In this document: in pieces, positions 9,739 to 19,584 of the stretch
Layout: each line of letters opens with the position of its first letter
How positions within the stretch are numbered: the stretch's first letter is position 1
NCBI GenBank assembly: GCA_050294405.1
Contig: JBNKOC010000028.1
Location: 160,001-224,000 of the forward strand
Source of the DNA: Fibrobacteria bacterium
GTDB taxonomy: Bacteria > Fibrobacterota > Fibrobacteria > UBA11236 > JADFYW01
Direction of reading: 5' to 3'
DNA: 64,000 nt
The notes under the pieces: model-generated
Told to the model about the DNA's origin: nothing
The model's input: only the letters and a program-made list of their open reading frames with translations
Databases searched by the model: none
Program-made: the position numbers and the translations under genes

Positions 9739-10569
9739 ATGAGTCGTATAAAATTTGGTCAGGAAACATATGCCTGGATAATGTGTGGAGACAAATACAT
9801 TGGTAAGGTCGACCACATGGCAAAAATTAGCGCCGATGCAGGTTTTGAAGGCATGGAGCCAATGAATCTTCAGTTAAAGGAATACTACGATCCGGCCAAA
9901 TTAAAGGATACTTTGGATGCCAATAACATAACTTTATCTTCTCTGGCATTTGTTTGCGATTGGTTGAATCCATCTGAAACCGAAGAAGAACTTCAGGAAT
10001 CAGCACGCGGCTTGGACTTATTAAGCCATTTTCCAGGAGCTATGTTAATGTTGGTGCAAATGCCTCAAAAAGACAGAAGCAATCTGGAAGAAAGGCAAAA
10101 AAATCTGATGCTTAACATTAATGCCATTGCCAAAAAAGCGGCAGATAGAGGTATTGTTAGCAGCTATCATCCCAACAGTCCAGAGGGCTCCATTTGGAGA
10201 ACGGAAGAAGATTATCACAAGTTATTGCCTCAGTTGGATAGCCAATACATCAAATGGACTCCCGATGTAGGCCACATTGCTAAAGGCGGAATGGATCCGG
10301 TAAAATTAATGAGGGATTATAGAGAGCTCATTAATCATGTTCATTTTAAAGATATGAATGAAGATGGCAGTTGGGCCGTAACTGGAAAAGGCATCATTGA
10401 TTTTAAAACCATTGTGGAAGATTTGGATAAAACCGGTTATGAAGGATGGATTATTTGTGAAGACGAAGTGGATGATGCCATTGAAAATCCCGATGGAATC
10501 GCCCTTGAAGATGGCAAATACATTCAATCCACCATGAAAACCTGGCTCAGTGCCGAAGCCTTAGCATAG
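9739..10569 (+). CDS. Sugar phosphate isomerase/epimerase TIM barrel (IolE-like)
   Basis: GFEGME, YHPN, PDVGH, HVHFKD, GYEGWIICE motifs. Confidence 0.82.
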   Translation: MSRIKFGQETYAWIMCGDKYIGKVDHMAKISADAGFEGMEPMNLQLKEYYDPAKLKDTLDANNITLSSLAFVCDWLNPSETEEELQESARGLDLLSHFPGAMLMLVQMPQKDRSNLEERQKNLMLNINAIAKKAADRGIVSSYHPNSPEGSIWRTEEDYHKLLPQLDSQYIKWTPDVGHIAKGGMDPVKLMRDYRELINHVHFKDMNEDGSWAVTGKGIIDFKTIVEDLDKTGYEGWIICEDEVDDAIENPDGIALEDGKYIQSTMKTWLSAEALA

Positions 10570-10575
10570 AAAATT

Positions 10576-12288
10576 ATGAGCATCGAATCTAAATACGCAC
10601 TTGGCCTTGATTATGGCACCAATTCCTGCAGATGTTTACTGGTTAACCTTACAACGGGAAAAGAAATTGCCAGTTCTGTTTTTTCTTATCCATCTGGCGA
10701 ACAGGGGATTTTATTAGACAAAAGAGATCCTCATGTGGCCCGCCAAAATCCCAATGATTACATCGAGGCCCTTGAGGTTAGTATTCCAGATACATTAAAA
10801 CAGGCCAAAGCAATTGACTCTGATTTTGATGCAAAAAACATTATTGGATTAGGGGTGGACACCACTGGAAGCACTATAATTCCGGTCAATAAAAAGGGAG
10901 AGCCTCTCGCCCTATTGCCTGAATTTAAGGATAACCTGAACGCGCACACCTGGCTTTGGAAAGATCACAGTTCTTATGAAGAAGCTGAGCATATAACTTC
11001 CAAAGCTAAAACAATGCGGCCTCAATATTTAGAGGCTTGCGGTGGGGCTTATAGTTCCGAGTGGTTTTGGAGCAAAATTTTACATTTGAAACATATTGAC
11101 ATGGATGTATATAATGCTTCCTTCAGCTTTGTGGAGCATTGCGATTTTATCCCCGCATTGCTAACAGCTAATACAGACCCTCTTTCCCTTCCACGAGGCG
11201 TTTGTGCTGCGGCCCATAAAGCCATGTATTCTTCCAAATGGGGAGGGCTACCGGATGCCGAATTTTTAAATGCGGTAGAACCCGGACTTGCAGAGTTAAG
11301 AGACCGGCTTTATGAAAACGCGCTACCAGCAGGAGTTAGTGCGGGCATGTTGAGCGAAGAATGGGCCAAAAAACTTGGTTTAACTACAAATGTTAGTGTA
11401 AGTGTGGGAGCTTTTGACGCCCATCTTGGCGCAGTGGGCTCAGGCGTTAATGAAGGAACACTGGTTAAAATTATTGGAACCAGTTGTTGCGATTTAATGG
11501 TGGCTCCCATGAGCAAGGGAGAGTATAATGTTCCTGGAGTTTGCGGTGTTGCCGAAGAATCTGTGATTGCCGGATTTTGGGGCATCGAGGCAGGCCAGTC
11601 CGCAGTAGGCGATATTTTTAACTGGTTTGTATCTCAAATGGTTCCCGAAAAATACGGCAGTTCTGCCGGTGAAAAATTTTCCAATTTGGAAAAACAAGCC
11701 TCCCAATTAAAGCCCGGCGAAAGCGGACTAATGGCTTTGGATTGGAACAACGGCAACCGCAGCCTTCTCACCGACACCCAGTTAAGCGGACTTTTATTGG
11801 GCCAAACCCTGCATACCCAGGCCCATGAAGTATACCGCACTTTAATTGAAGCCACTGCCTTCGGGGCTTTGGCCATTGTCAATCAATTGGAAAATTGCGG
11901 TGTGGAAGTCAAAGAAATAGTGACCTGCGGCGGCATCCCCGAAAAAAGCCCCATGTTAATGCAGATCTATGCCGATGTTATGGGCCGACCCTTGAAAATT
12001 GCCAAAAGCGCCCAAACTTGTGCCTTGGGAGCTGCGATTATGGGAGCTTACAGCGCGGGAGATTATTCTTTGGATGATTTGCAAGCGAGCCTCTGCCATA
12101 TGAAAGAAGATGTATACACTCCCATTCCCGAAAACCATCAAATGTATCAGGAACTTTTTTCCATTTATATGAAGCTTCACGATTCCTTTGGAACTAAAAA
12201 GCCGAGCATTTCCTTATACTCAGTCATGAAAGATTTAATATCCATACGCGAAAAGCAAAGAGAGGCCTCTCATGTTAGCGTCTCTTAA
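10576..12288 (+). CDS. araB: Ribulokinase (FGGY family)
   Basis: GLDYGTNS, GVDTTGST, LWKDH, YSSEWFWSK, EAGQSAVGD, LDWNNGNR. Confidence 0.93.
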   Translation: MSIESKYALGLDYGTNSCRCLLVNLTTGKEIASSVFSYPSGEQGILLDKRDPHVARQNPNDYIEALEVSIPDTLKQAKAIDSDFDAKNIIGLGVDTTGSTIIPVNKKGEPLALLPEFKDNLNAHTWLWKDHSSYEEAEHITSKAKTMRPQYLEACGGAYSSEWFWSKILHLKHIDMDVYNASFSFVEHCDFIPALLTANTDPLSLPRGVCAAAHKAMYSSKWGGLPDAEFLNAVEPGLAELRDRLYENALPAGVSAGMLSEEWAKKLGLTTNVSVSVGAFDAHLGAVGSGVNEGTLVKIIGTSCCDLMVAPMSKGEYNVPGVCGVAEESVIAGFWGIEAGQSAVGDIFNWFVSQMVPEKYGSSAGEKFSNLEKQASQLKPGESGLMALDWNNGNRSLLTDTQLSGLLLGQTLHTQAHEVYRTLIEATAFGALAIVNQLENCGVEVKEIVTCGGIPEKSPMLMQIYADVMGRPLKIAKSAQTCALGAAIMGAYSAGDYSLDDLQASLCHMKEDVYTPIPENHQMYQELFSIYMKLHDSFGTKKPSISLYSVMKDLISIREKQREASHVSVS

Positions 12289-12958
12289 AGAAGAAGTCCT
12301 CGAGGCAAATTTAGCCCTTCATAAAAGCGGCTTGGCCCCTTTAACCTGGGGCAATGTTAGCGGTCTTAGCGAGGATGGCCTGGTGGTTATTAAACCCAGC
12401 GGAGTCGAATACAGCAAACTCAAAACAGAACATCTGGTGGTGCTTGATTTAGAAGGAAAGCAACTTGAAGGGGATTTGCGTCCCTCCAGCGACACCCCTA
12501 CCCATTTAAAATTGTACCAGGCCTTTCCCGAAGTTAGGGGAATCGCCCATAGCCATTCTGTGTATGCGGTGCAATGGGCCCAGGCCGGCCGCGAAATTCC
12601 TCCTTTTGGCACTACCCATGCCGATCATTTTTTTGGGGCAGTTCCTTTGGCCCGTGGCCTCACCCCCGCCGAAACCGAAAGCGATTACGAAGGCAACACC
12701 GCCGTGGCCATTATTGAGCGTTTTAAAAAACTAAACCCTTTGGAAATTCCTGCGGTTTTACTTTCAGGCCACGGTCCTTTTAGCTGGGGAAAATCGCCCA
12801 TGGAAGCCTTCAAAAATAGTTTTGCCCTGGAGCAATGCGCCCAAATGGCCTTTGGCACTTTGATGTTGAACCCATCCGCCCCGCAGCTGGCCCCTCATAT
12901 TTTAGCCAAGCATTACAATCGTAAACATGGGGCCAAAGCCTATTACGGGCAAAAATAA
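12272..12958 (+). CDS. araD: L-ribulose-5-phosphate 4-epimerase
   Basis: TWGNVS, IKPSG, PSSDTPTH, HSH, GTTHADHF, KHG.KAYYGQ. Confidence 0.95.
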   Translation: MLASLKEEVLEANLALHKSGLAPLTWGNVSGLSEDGLVVIKPSGVEYSKLKTEHLVVLDLEGKQLEGDLRPSSDTPTHLKLYQAFPEVRGIAHSHSVYAVQWAQAGREIPPFGTTHADHFFGAVPLARGLTPAETESDYEGNTAVAIIERFKKLNPLEIPAVLLSGHGPFSWGKSPMEAFKNSFALEQCAQMAFGTLMLNPSAPQLAPHILAKHYNRKHGAKAYYGQK

Positions 12959-13035
12959 TTTTTGGGCGGTGTTCCATTAAGCCTTAAATTCAGTCCCCAT
13001 TTTTTATCTGTTGCAGGATTGGTTATATTATAGCC

Positions 13036-14457
13036 ATGTTTTCTGTGGATAAAAGCCGTCTAAGCATAAACTCCTTACCTCAGGTCCTGATACGGATCTC
13101 AGAAAAAATATCCCGGATTGGAGGGGAGGTTTATGTAGTAGGGGGCTGGGTTCGGGACAGGCTATTGAATATAAATTCCAAAGATTTTGATTTGGAAGTA
13201 TATGGCATTGGCAAGGAAGCCCTGGAAAAAACCTTAAAGGAATTTGGAAATCCGAATTTTGTGGGTAAGGCATTTGGCGTATACATAATGAACGTAAAGG
13301 GCCAAAACTTTGATTTTGCCTTTCCCCGCAGGGAAATAAAAATGGGCAAGGGGCACAAAGGCTTCGAGGTGGAATCAGACCCCGCTATGGATTTTAAAGA
13401 AGCCTCTTCCCGCAGAGACTTTACCATTAACGCCATGGGCTACCGCCTTTCCGATGGGGCCCTGGTGGACCCGCATGGGGGTTTTGAAGATTTGGAGTAT
13501 AAAATTTTAAGGCATGTATCCGATGCCTTTAGCGAAGACCCTCTAAGGGCTTTACGGGCGGTACAATTTGCAGCGCGCTTTGATCTTGATATACATCCGG
13601 CCACTCAAAAGCTATGCGCAGAACAGCCTCTGGAAGAGCTGCCACCCGAAAGAGTTTATGAAGAGTTTAAAAAACTATTGCTAAAAGCGAAAAAACCTTC
13701 TGCGGGAATGGAGTGGTTGCGGAAAATGGATTTGCTGCGTTTTTTTCCCGAGCTTGAAGCGTTAATTGGGGTGGAACAGGAACCCGAATGGCATCCGGAA
13801 GGAGATGTATGGGTGCATAATAACATGGTCATCGATGAGGCGGCCATTATTAGGGACGCTGAAATTTCAGACGATGCTCCCGACGCTGAATTTGAAAAAA
13901 TCAGTTTAATGTTAGGGGCCCTTTGTCACGATTTAGGAAAGCCGCGCACCACAGTTTTTAAAGATGGCAGATGGAGAAGCCCGGCTCACGATGTGATGGG
14001 CGAGAGGGATACCCGCCGTTTTTTAAAACGTTTGACCCGTGATGTTAAATTAATTGAACAGGTAGTGGTGTTTGTGAGGGAGCATTTAAAACCTGCCCTT
14101 TTGTACAATGCCCGGGAAGAAATTACCCAATCGGCCATTCGACGGCTTTCCCTGAAAGTGGATATCCAAAAACTGGTTCGTGTGGCTAAGGCCGATCATT
14201 TCGGCCGCACCACTCCTGATGCGCTGGCCCGGAAATTTCCTGCTGGAGAATGGCTTTTGGAACAATCGCGCTTCTTAAATGTATTGGATGAAAGGCCTAA
14301 GCCTTTATTAAACGGAAAAATGCTTTTAAAGCTAGGCCTAAAACCAGGCCCCATAATGGGAAACTGGATTCGGGAATGTTTTGAGTTGCAATTGGAAGGC
14401 CAAATTTCAACTGAAGAAGAGGCTTTTGCCTGGGCAGAGAAAAAAAACAACAGTTAA
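13036..14457 (+). CDS. cca: CCA tRNA nucleotidyltransferase with HD domain
   Basis: VGGWVRD, DFDLE, RRDFTINAM, EDPLR, HPEGDVWVH, LCHDLGK. Confidence 0.9.
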   Translation: MFSVDKSRLSINSLPQVLIRISEKISRIGGEVYVVGGWVRDRLLNINSKDFDLEVYGIGKEALEKTLKEFGNPNFVGKAFGVYIMNVKGQNFDFAFPRREIKMGKGHKGFEVESDPAMDFKEASSRRDFTINAMGYRLSDGALVDPHGGFEDLEYKILRHVSDAFSEDPLRALRAVQFAARFDLDIHPATQKLCAEQPLEELPPERVYEEFKKLLLKAKKPSAGMEWLRKMDLLRFFPELEALIGVEQEPEWHPEGDVWVHNNMVIDEAAIIRDAEISDDAPDAEFEKISLMLGALCHDLGKPRTTVFKDGRWRSPAHDVMGERDTRRFLKRLTRDVKLIEQVVVFVREHLKPALLYNAREEITQSAIRRLSLKVDIQKLVRVAKADHFGRTTPDALARKFPAGEWLLEQSRFLNVLDERPKPLLNGKMLLKLGLKPGPIMGNWIRECFELQLEGQISTEEEAFAWAEKKNNS

Positions 14458-14491
14458 AATTGAATAAAAAATATTTGATTATATTCATATT

Positions 14492-15163
14492 TTATTCAAA
14501 TACAAGGCTCCCGAAAAACTCCGGTCTATGGAAATCCGGTTTTTCCGTTAAAACGGAATTCCAGCTTAAATAATGGGGTAGAGGCAGCTTATCTCCACAT
14601 TTATAAAAATTAGCTTTTAATTGAATTCCTTTTAGAGGCTTATTCAAAATTTGACATAAGGGAATTAGCAATTTCAAATTCCAATTCTTGTTGCTTTTAA
14701 TCTGAGTTGAGGTTTGGTTTTGGAGGGAGCTTTCCCTAAAAATTTGATTGAGCAATTTTTGGCCCAAAGGGCTTCGATTAGCCCTCTCCTTTCCAGTTTG
14801 GCAAAGGCAATATCCCAGGCAATTCCATTCAAAATTAATGTAGCTATTTTCGTCATTTTTAAAAAAGAATTCCACGCAACTGTCTTCATATACATTTTCA
14901 AAATCTTTTACTTTTTCAGCCAGTACATACGGCTCCTCCACATAAAAACAAAGCCCCAGTTGCCCATTGTTGTGAGCCAGGTAAACTTGGGCCTGTACAG
15001 TTTGAAAAGGCTCATTCCAGTGGCACTGGTTTATATGGATTTTGGAAAATTTGCTGAGCGCCGGCTCTTTATTTTTTATTAAGCCTTCTAAATCAGAAAT
15101 ATAGGGAACTACAACCTTTTCCATAGAAAAAAAATAAAAAGGATAAGGCTCTTTTAGAAGCAA
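14492..15163 (-). CDS. Carbohydrate-binding family 9-like (CBM9/DOMON-like) protein
   Basis: VYEDSCVEFF, YINFEWN, ANFYKCGD..PHYLSW, PDFHRPEFFG; start may be the ATG of MEKVV. Confidence 0.85.
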   Translation of the reverse strand: MLLKEPYPFYFFSMEKVVVPYISDLEGLIKNKEPALSKFSKIHINQCHWNEPFQTVQAQVYLAHNNGQLGLCFYVEEPYVLAEKVKDFENVYEDSCVEFFFKNDENSYINFEWNCLGYCLCQTGKERANRSPLGQKLLNQIFRESSLQNQTSTQIKSNKNWNLKLLIPLCQILNKPLKGIQLKANFYKCGDKLPLPHYLSWNSVLTEKPDFHRPEFFGSLVFE

Positions 15164-15201
15164 TTGTTTTGAGATGGGTTCCAGTAGATTATATTTAGGA
15201 A

Positions 15202-15711
15202 ATGAAAAACTGGACCAATTTTTTAGCTCTTGTTTTAATCCTCCTTAGTTTTGGCTTGCTTTTTCCAGGAGTGTCTCTTCCAGTACTCACTATTAAAGGG
15301 GCTATATCCCTCCCACTGGTGGGTAAAATGGAATTGGGACAAGAAACCCGCAGTATTTGGGGAACTATACAATATTTATTCGAAACAAAAAACACTTTGG
15401 TTGGCTTTTTGATTTTGTGTTTTAGCGTAGTGGTCCCCATAGTTAAAGGGTTGCTTTTGCTATTGATATTATTCCCCGTGAGCTACGGGTTTCGAATTAA
15501 CACTTTAAAAGTCATTCGCCGGATTGGAAAGTGGTCTATGGCCGATGTGTTTGTGGTAGCGGTATTTTTAGCTTATTTGGCTACGGCTTCTATGGAAGTT
15601 TTTCAGGCAACATTGGAACGGGGTTTTTATTTTTTTCTGGGGTACTGCATCCTTTCGGTCGCATCCACGGAGTTTATTTTAATTAAAGAAAAGCCCAGAA
15701 ATAAAAAGTAA
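15202..15711 (+). CDS. Paraquat-inducible protein A family membrane protein (single domain)
   Basis: FSVVVP..K and IGKWSMADVFVVA motifs, four TM segments. Confidence 0.85.
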   Translation: MKNWTNFLALVLILLSFGLLFPGVSLPVLTIKGAISLPLVGKMELGQETRSIWGTIQYLFETKNTLVGFLILCFSVVVPIVKGLLLLLILFPVSYGFRINTLKVIRRIGKWSMADVFVVAVFLAYLATASMEVFQATLERGFYFFLGYCILSVASTEFILIKEKPRNKK

Positions 15712-15731
15712 TAGGTTACTAATTGCTAACA

Positions 15732-17501
15732 TCAATTCATGGTATAAATTTTACTCATGGACTCCATCAAATCCGCAAACTTAAAGGGCTTGTGGAGAAT
15801 GGCATCCATCCCCATACTTAAACATTTTTCCTTGGTGCCGTCATCGGCATTAGCCGTTAAAGCGATAATGGGAATTTGCTTGTCTAATCCTTGTTCGCCT
15901 TCGCGGATGAGCCGAGTGGCCTCAAAACCGTCCATCACGGGCATTTTTAAATCCATCAAAATTAATTTGTAATCATTTTCCTTTAGCATTTCCAAACAGG
16001 CTTTGCCATTTTCCGCCAAGTCTGCAGTAATGTTGTTTTTTTTCAACAATTTCAAAGCGACCATTTGGTTAATGGGATTGTCTTCAACTAATAGAATTTT
16101 TTCACCCTCTTCAAAAATATTGCTGTCAGATTTTTCGGGTTTAATATTATTGCCAGGTTTGTTGTCGGCAATGCTAAATGGGACCTCAAACCAAAAGGTG
16201 CTTCCCAAACCATATTCACTTTCCACTCCGATAACTCCCCCCATGAGCTCCACAATTTTTTTGGAAATGTTCAGGCCCAAACCTGTTCCTTCCAGGTTGT
16301 TAATCCGGGAGTCAAAAGGCCGGGAATATCGAGCAAATATTTTTTCCAGATTTTCCGGAGTAATGCCTATTCCAGTGTCCTTGATTTCGCAACGCAATCT
16401 GGTATTTTTTTCCGACTGGGAAATCTTGCTTATATCTATATGTATTTTCCCCCGATAAGTGTATTTACAGGCATTATTCAAAAGATTTAAAAATACCTGG
16501 GCAAGCCTGGTGGGATCTCCCGCTAAAAACGGGGGAATATCCTGACTCAAGGAGTAACTCAGAGTTATGTTTTTCCGATTAACCAATGGGGTTACAATGG
16601 AAATGGCATCTTTTAAACTTTTTTCAAGGCTAAAAGGGACGTTTTCCAATTGGACTTTGTTTTGTTCTAAACGGGAAAAATCCAATATGTTATTGATAAT
16701 CTGCAAAAGCATTTCCGAGCAATTTTGAATAATGGAGAAATGTTCTTTTTGTTGGGGCTCTAATGGCCTATCTGCGATCAATTCGGTGGCGCCAATAATC
16801 CCGTTAATAGGTGTTCGGATTTCATGGCTCATAGTGGTTAAAAAATCCTGTTTAGCCTGCCCAAATTTTTTGATTCTCTCCATTTGAATTTTTAAGTCCT
16901 GGTTGAGGCTTTCCACTTGCTTTCTTGCTACAGATTCAATCCAGGAACGCATCATAAAACTCACTAATATCAAAAAGATAAGAGCAGCAGTGGACAGAAA
17001 GGAAAAAACGCTGTTAAAACTATGGGGAATAGAATTGCTGAGTTCAACGCCATGGTGGTGGATAACTGCAAAGTAAGCCATGAATACCAGGGAAATACAG
17101 CTCCAAGCCACCACTAACATCTTTCCGCCTACCATTCCGGCAACAAGGGGAACTAACAAAAGGGAGCCGACAATGGGAGATTCTATTCCGCCCGTTAAGT
17201 AAACTGCATAACATATGGAAACAAGCGTCATGGCAGGGCCGGCTTGGGCAATAATATAAGGCCTGTTTAAACATTTGCTGGCGTAGAGAGCGACAATAAA
17301 TATCACGCCACCTAACGGCGCTATGATGTTCATGCCACCAAGTGGAATTCCAAAATGGAAGATTAATCCAAAACCAAAACAAAGAGGTAACTGGGAAAGC
17401 AAAAAGAACACCGCCACCCTTTGGCGGTATTTATTGATTAAATTCCCCTCCATTATTTTTTGGGGAAGAAACCAATCAATTATTTGTAATATTTTTTCCA
17501 T
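15732..17501 (-). CDS. Membrane-bound hybrid sensor histidine kinase/response regulator
   Basis: About 6 TM helices, [33 protein letters not shown]-terminal REC (LMDLKMPVMDG). Confidence 0.93.
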   Translation of the reverse strand: MEKILQIIDWFLPQKIMEGNLINKYRQRVAVFFLLSQLPLCFGFGLIFHFGIPLGGMNIIAPLGGVIFIVALYASKCLNRPYIIAQAGPAMTLVSICYAVYLTGGIESPIVGSLLLVPLVAGMVGGKMLVVAWSCISLVFMAYFAVIHHHGVELSNSIPHSFNSVFSFLSTAALIFLILVSFMMRSWIESVARKQVESLNQDLKIQMERIKKFGQAKQDFLTTMSHEIRTPINGIIGATELIADRPLEPQQKEHFSIIQNCSEMLLQIINNILDFSRLEQNKVQLENVPFSLEKSLKDAISIVTPLVNRKNITLSYSLSQDIPPFLAGDPTRLAQVFLNLLNNACKYTYRGKIHIDISKISQSEKNTRLRCEIKDTGIGITPENLEKIFARYSRPFDSRINNLEGTGLGLNISKKIVELMGGVIGVESEYGLGSTFWFEVPFSIADNKPGNNIKPEKSDSNIFEEGEKILLVEDNPINQMVALKLLKKNNITADLAENGKACLEMLKENDYKLILMDLKMPVMDGFEATRLIREGEQGLDKQIPIIALTANADDGTKEKCLSMGMDAILHKPFKFADLMESMSKIYTMN

Positions 17502-17601
17502 AATTAAGGGAAAAATTGCGCAAGTACATTATACCAATGAAATGTTTCACATTCTTCCAATAATAGAAAAAATGTCAACTTCTAGACACGGACCGTTTTT
17601 T

Positions 17602-18780
17602 TTAGGAAGCCGTATTCTTGTCTTCCTTTTCCATAAATTTTTGCAGGCTCCAGGCTCCCTGCAAGTTTTGAGGGATACTGAAAGTTACGGGTTGGTTTTT
17701 ATTCCAATGTAAAATGAGCCCTTTAATTAGCATTAAATGGAATCTACGGAAAAAAATTCGGCTAATAGGACTCAAATAGCGCAAAATTCCAAAAAGAGTA
17801 AGAAGCCCTTTAATGGGAATGATTAATAGGAGCACCCAGATGGATGGCCTGGGAATTTTTAATAGCCTTCTCACAGATTTGATATTCAAAAAATACAGCA
17901 TGGCCTCTGGCAACCAATCCAGCATATCTGGTAATATGGAATTTCCATAGGCCTTTGCCGATTGTGTGAGAGCCACCCCTGCTTCTGTGAAAGTGCTGCG
18001 GTTGCGCTCCACAATTACATTCCACATGGCCACAGCCTCCTTAACATTGGATGGCTGCAACTCTTCTTTCAAGCCTAGTAAAAAGGCTTCAATTTTCCAC
18101 AGATGCAAAATCCCTTCTTCATCTTCTTTAGAAAGTTTAATGCCAAACTGTTTTAAACCTCTAATGATAATCAAACTAAAAGACAACATGGTCATTAAAA
18201 TTTCTTCCTGGTTTATGGGATTCTTCCAGTCTTTTCCCCAGGCATCCGTATCCACGATTTTGTTGCGAATGGTGGCATGAATAAACTTGACCTTTTGCGT
18301 TGTCACAATGCTTTTTCCCTCTGGTCCAAAAGCGCCGGGCTCCATTACATGCACCACAAATTGCAAGGTTTCTAATATCCTACGGGTTAGCTTTTCGATG
18401 TTGCCATGTTGCAATTGAAGCCTTCCTGTTATATGCAGTGTCTCAGCAATATGCCACATGGAGTAACCTTCGGGCAAAGATTTGAACAGTAATATGACCA
18501 GACATTCGGGCCCAAAATATCTATAGGCTTTTTCCCCGTGGCTGACCAAATCCGGATCTAGCCAATCCGGTAAATTTTTGGTTTTTTCAAAGTACTCCAG
18601 CGCTGCTTGTGGCATGTTTTGTGGAATGGGCGAGTTGTTTTTATCTATCTTCGGGAAAAGGGGCTGTACGGCCATAAGTTCTTGGCTGGCAATTAAGGCC
18701 TTTGTAGCCTCATCGGCAATGGGATCCATATCATCTCCAAGCCTGTTTAAAAGCTCAACAATTTCATTTTTGCTTAACAT
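17602..18780 (-). CDS. MpaB/Lcp (DUF2236) family b-heme oxygenase, no signal peptide, C-terminal hydrophobic anchor
   Basis: LPDWLD, SLPEGY, RRILET, KVKFIHATIR (His ligand position), PINQEE, H.W..LLG motifs. Confidence 0.85.
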   Translation of the reverse strand: MLSKNEIVELLNRLGDDMDPIADEATKALIASQELMAVQPLFPKIDKNNSPIPQNMPQAALEYFEKTKNLPDWLDPDLVSHGEKAYRYFGPECLVILLFKSLPEGYSMWHIAETLHITGRLQLQHGNIEKLTRRILETLQFVVHVMEPGAFGPEGKSIVTTQKVKFIHATIRNKIVDTDAWGKDWKNPINQEEILMTMLSFSLIIIRGLKQFGIKLSKEDEEGILHLWKIEAFLLGLKEELQPSNVKEAVAMWNVIVERNRSTFTEAGVALTQSAKAYGNSILPDMLDWLPEAMLYFLNIKSVRRLLKIPRPSIWVLLLIIPIKGLLTLFGILRYLSPISRIFFRRFHLMLIKGLILHWNKNQPVTFSIPQNLQGAWSLQKFMEKEDKNTAS

Positions 18781-18802
18781 TGTGCCTCGCCTATGCTATA
18801 AT
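18774..18802 (+). promoter_or_regulatory. Putative sigma70 promoter for the terpene cyclase gene
   Basis: TTAACA-N17-TATAAT with extended TG; the -35 overlaps the start codon of the divergent oxygenase. Confidence 0.55.
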
Positions 18803-18879
18803 CAAAACTCAGAACTTGTCTCTGTCAAACAGATTATTACCAAATGAAATTCAAATGGCAATGAAAAATATGAGGATGT

Positions 18880-19584
18880 ATGTTGGAAAAACTTTTAAAT
18901 TTTCAGGATTATAGCCCTACTGTTATAGTTCTTAATTTAATATGCGCTTCATTATGGGCTGCATCCTATATTTTGATAGTCATTCGCATCCACAAACTCA
19001 AGTTTATCGAGATGCCGTTGTTTGCCGCTTTGGGCAACATCGCTTGGGAGTTTTTGTGGAGCACGGTTTTTCATGGAAACATGGGCCCCCTTATCGAATG
19101 GGCTGTTAAACTGTGGCTCATTTTGGATATATATATTATTTGGAATCTCTATAAATATGGACGTCAGCAAGTATTTATTCCCGAAATGCAAAAGCATTTC
19201 AAGGTTTTGTTTGCGGCCACTTTTATAGCTTGGATTGCCGCTTTGTTTGGCTTCACGCATATTGGTATTGACAACCCCATAGGGGGCCGATCAGCCATAA
19301 TCCTAAATCTTATAATATCCGCTCTTTACATATTTCTTCTGTTTAAAACCCATAGGCCAGACTTAATGACCCTTCGAGTAGCATGGTGGAAGGGCATAGG
19401 GACCGCATGTTACACTATCAGTGTATTCTTGAATTACGGGCCGCAGGACATATTTATTGAGGCTGTGGGGATAATCATTTTTATTTTGGATATAATATAC
19501 ATCAAGCTTTTATATGAATATCGATCTGGGAAATTGAAGTTATCTCCCAAGCAGAATCCCATGGAAGTTTATTCGAATAGTTAG
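18880..19584 (+). CDS. PaxB/Pyr4-type integral membrane terpene cyclase
   Basis: About 7 TM helices, 234 aa; W..SY, MP......NIAWEF, WLILD, KYG, K..GT and C-terminal LDIIY motifs. Confidence 0.8.
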   Translation: MLEKLLNFQDYSPTVIVLNLICASLWAASYILIVIRIHKLKFIEMPLFAALGNIAWEFLWSTVFHGNMGPLIEWAVKLWLILDIYIIWNLYKYGRQQVFIPEMQKHFKVLFAATFIAWIAALFGFTHIGIDNPIGGRSAIILNLIISALYIFLLFKTHRPDLMTLRVAWWKGIGTACYTISVFLNYGPQDIFIEAVGIIIFILDIIYIKLLYEYRSGKLKLSPKQNPMEVYSNS

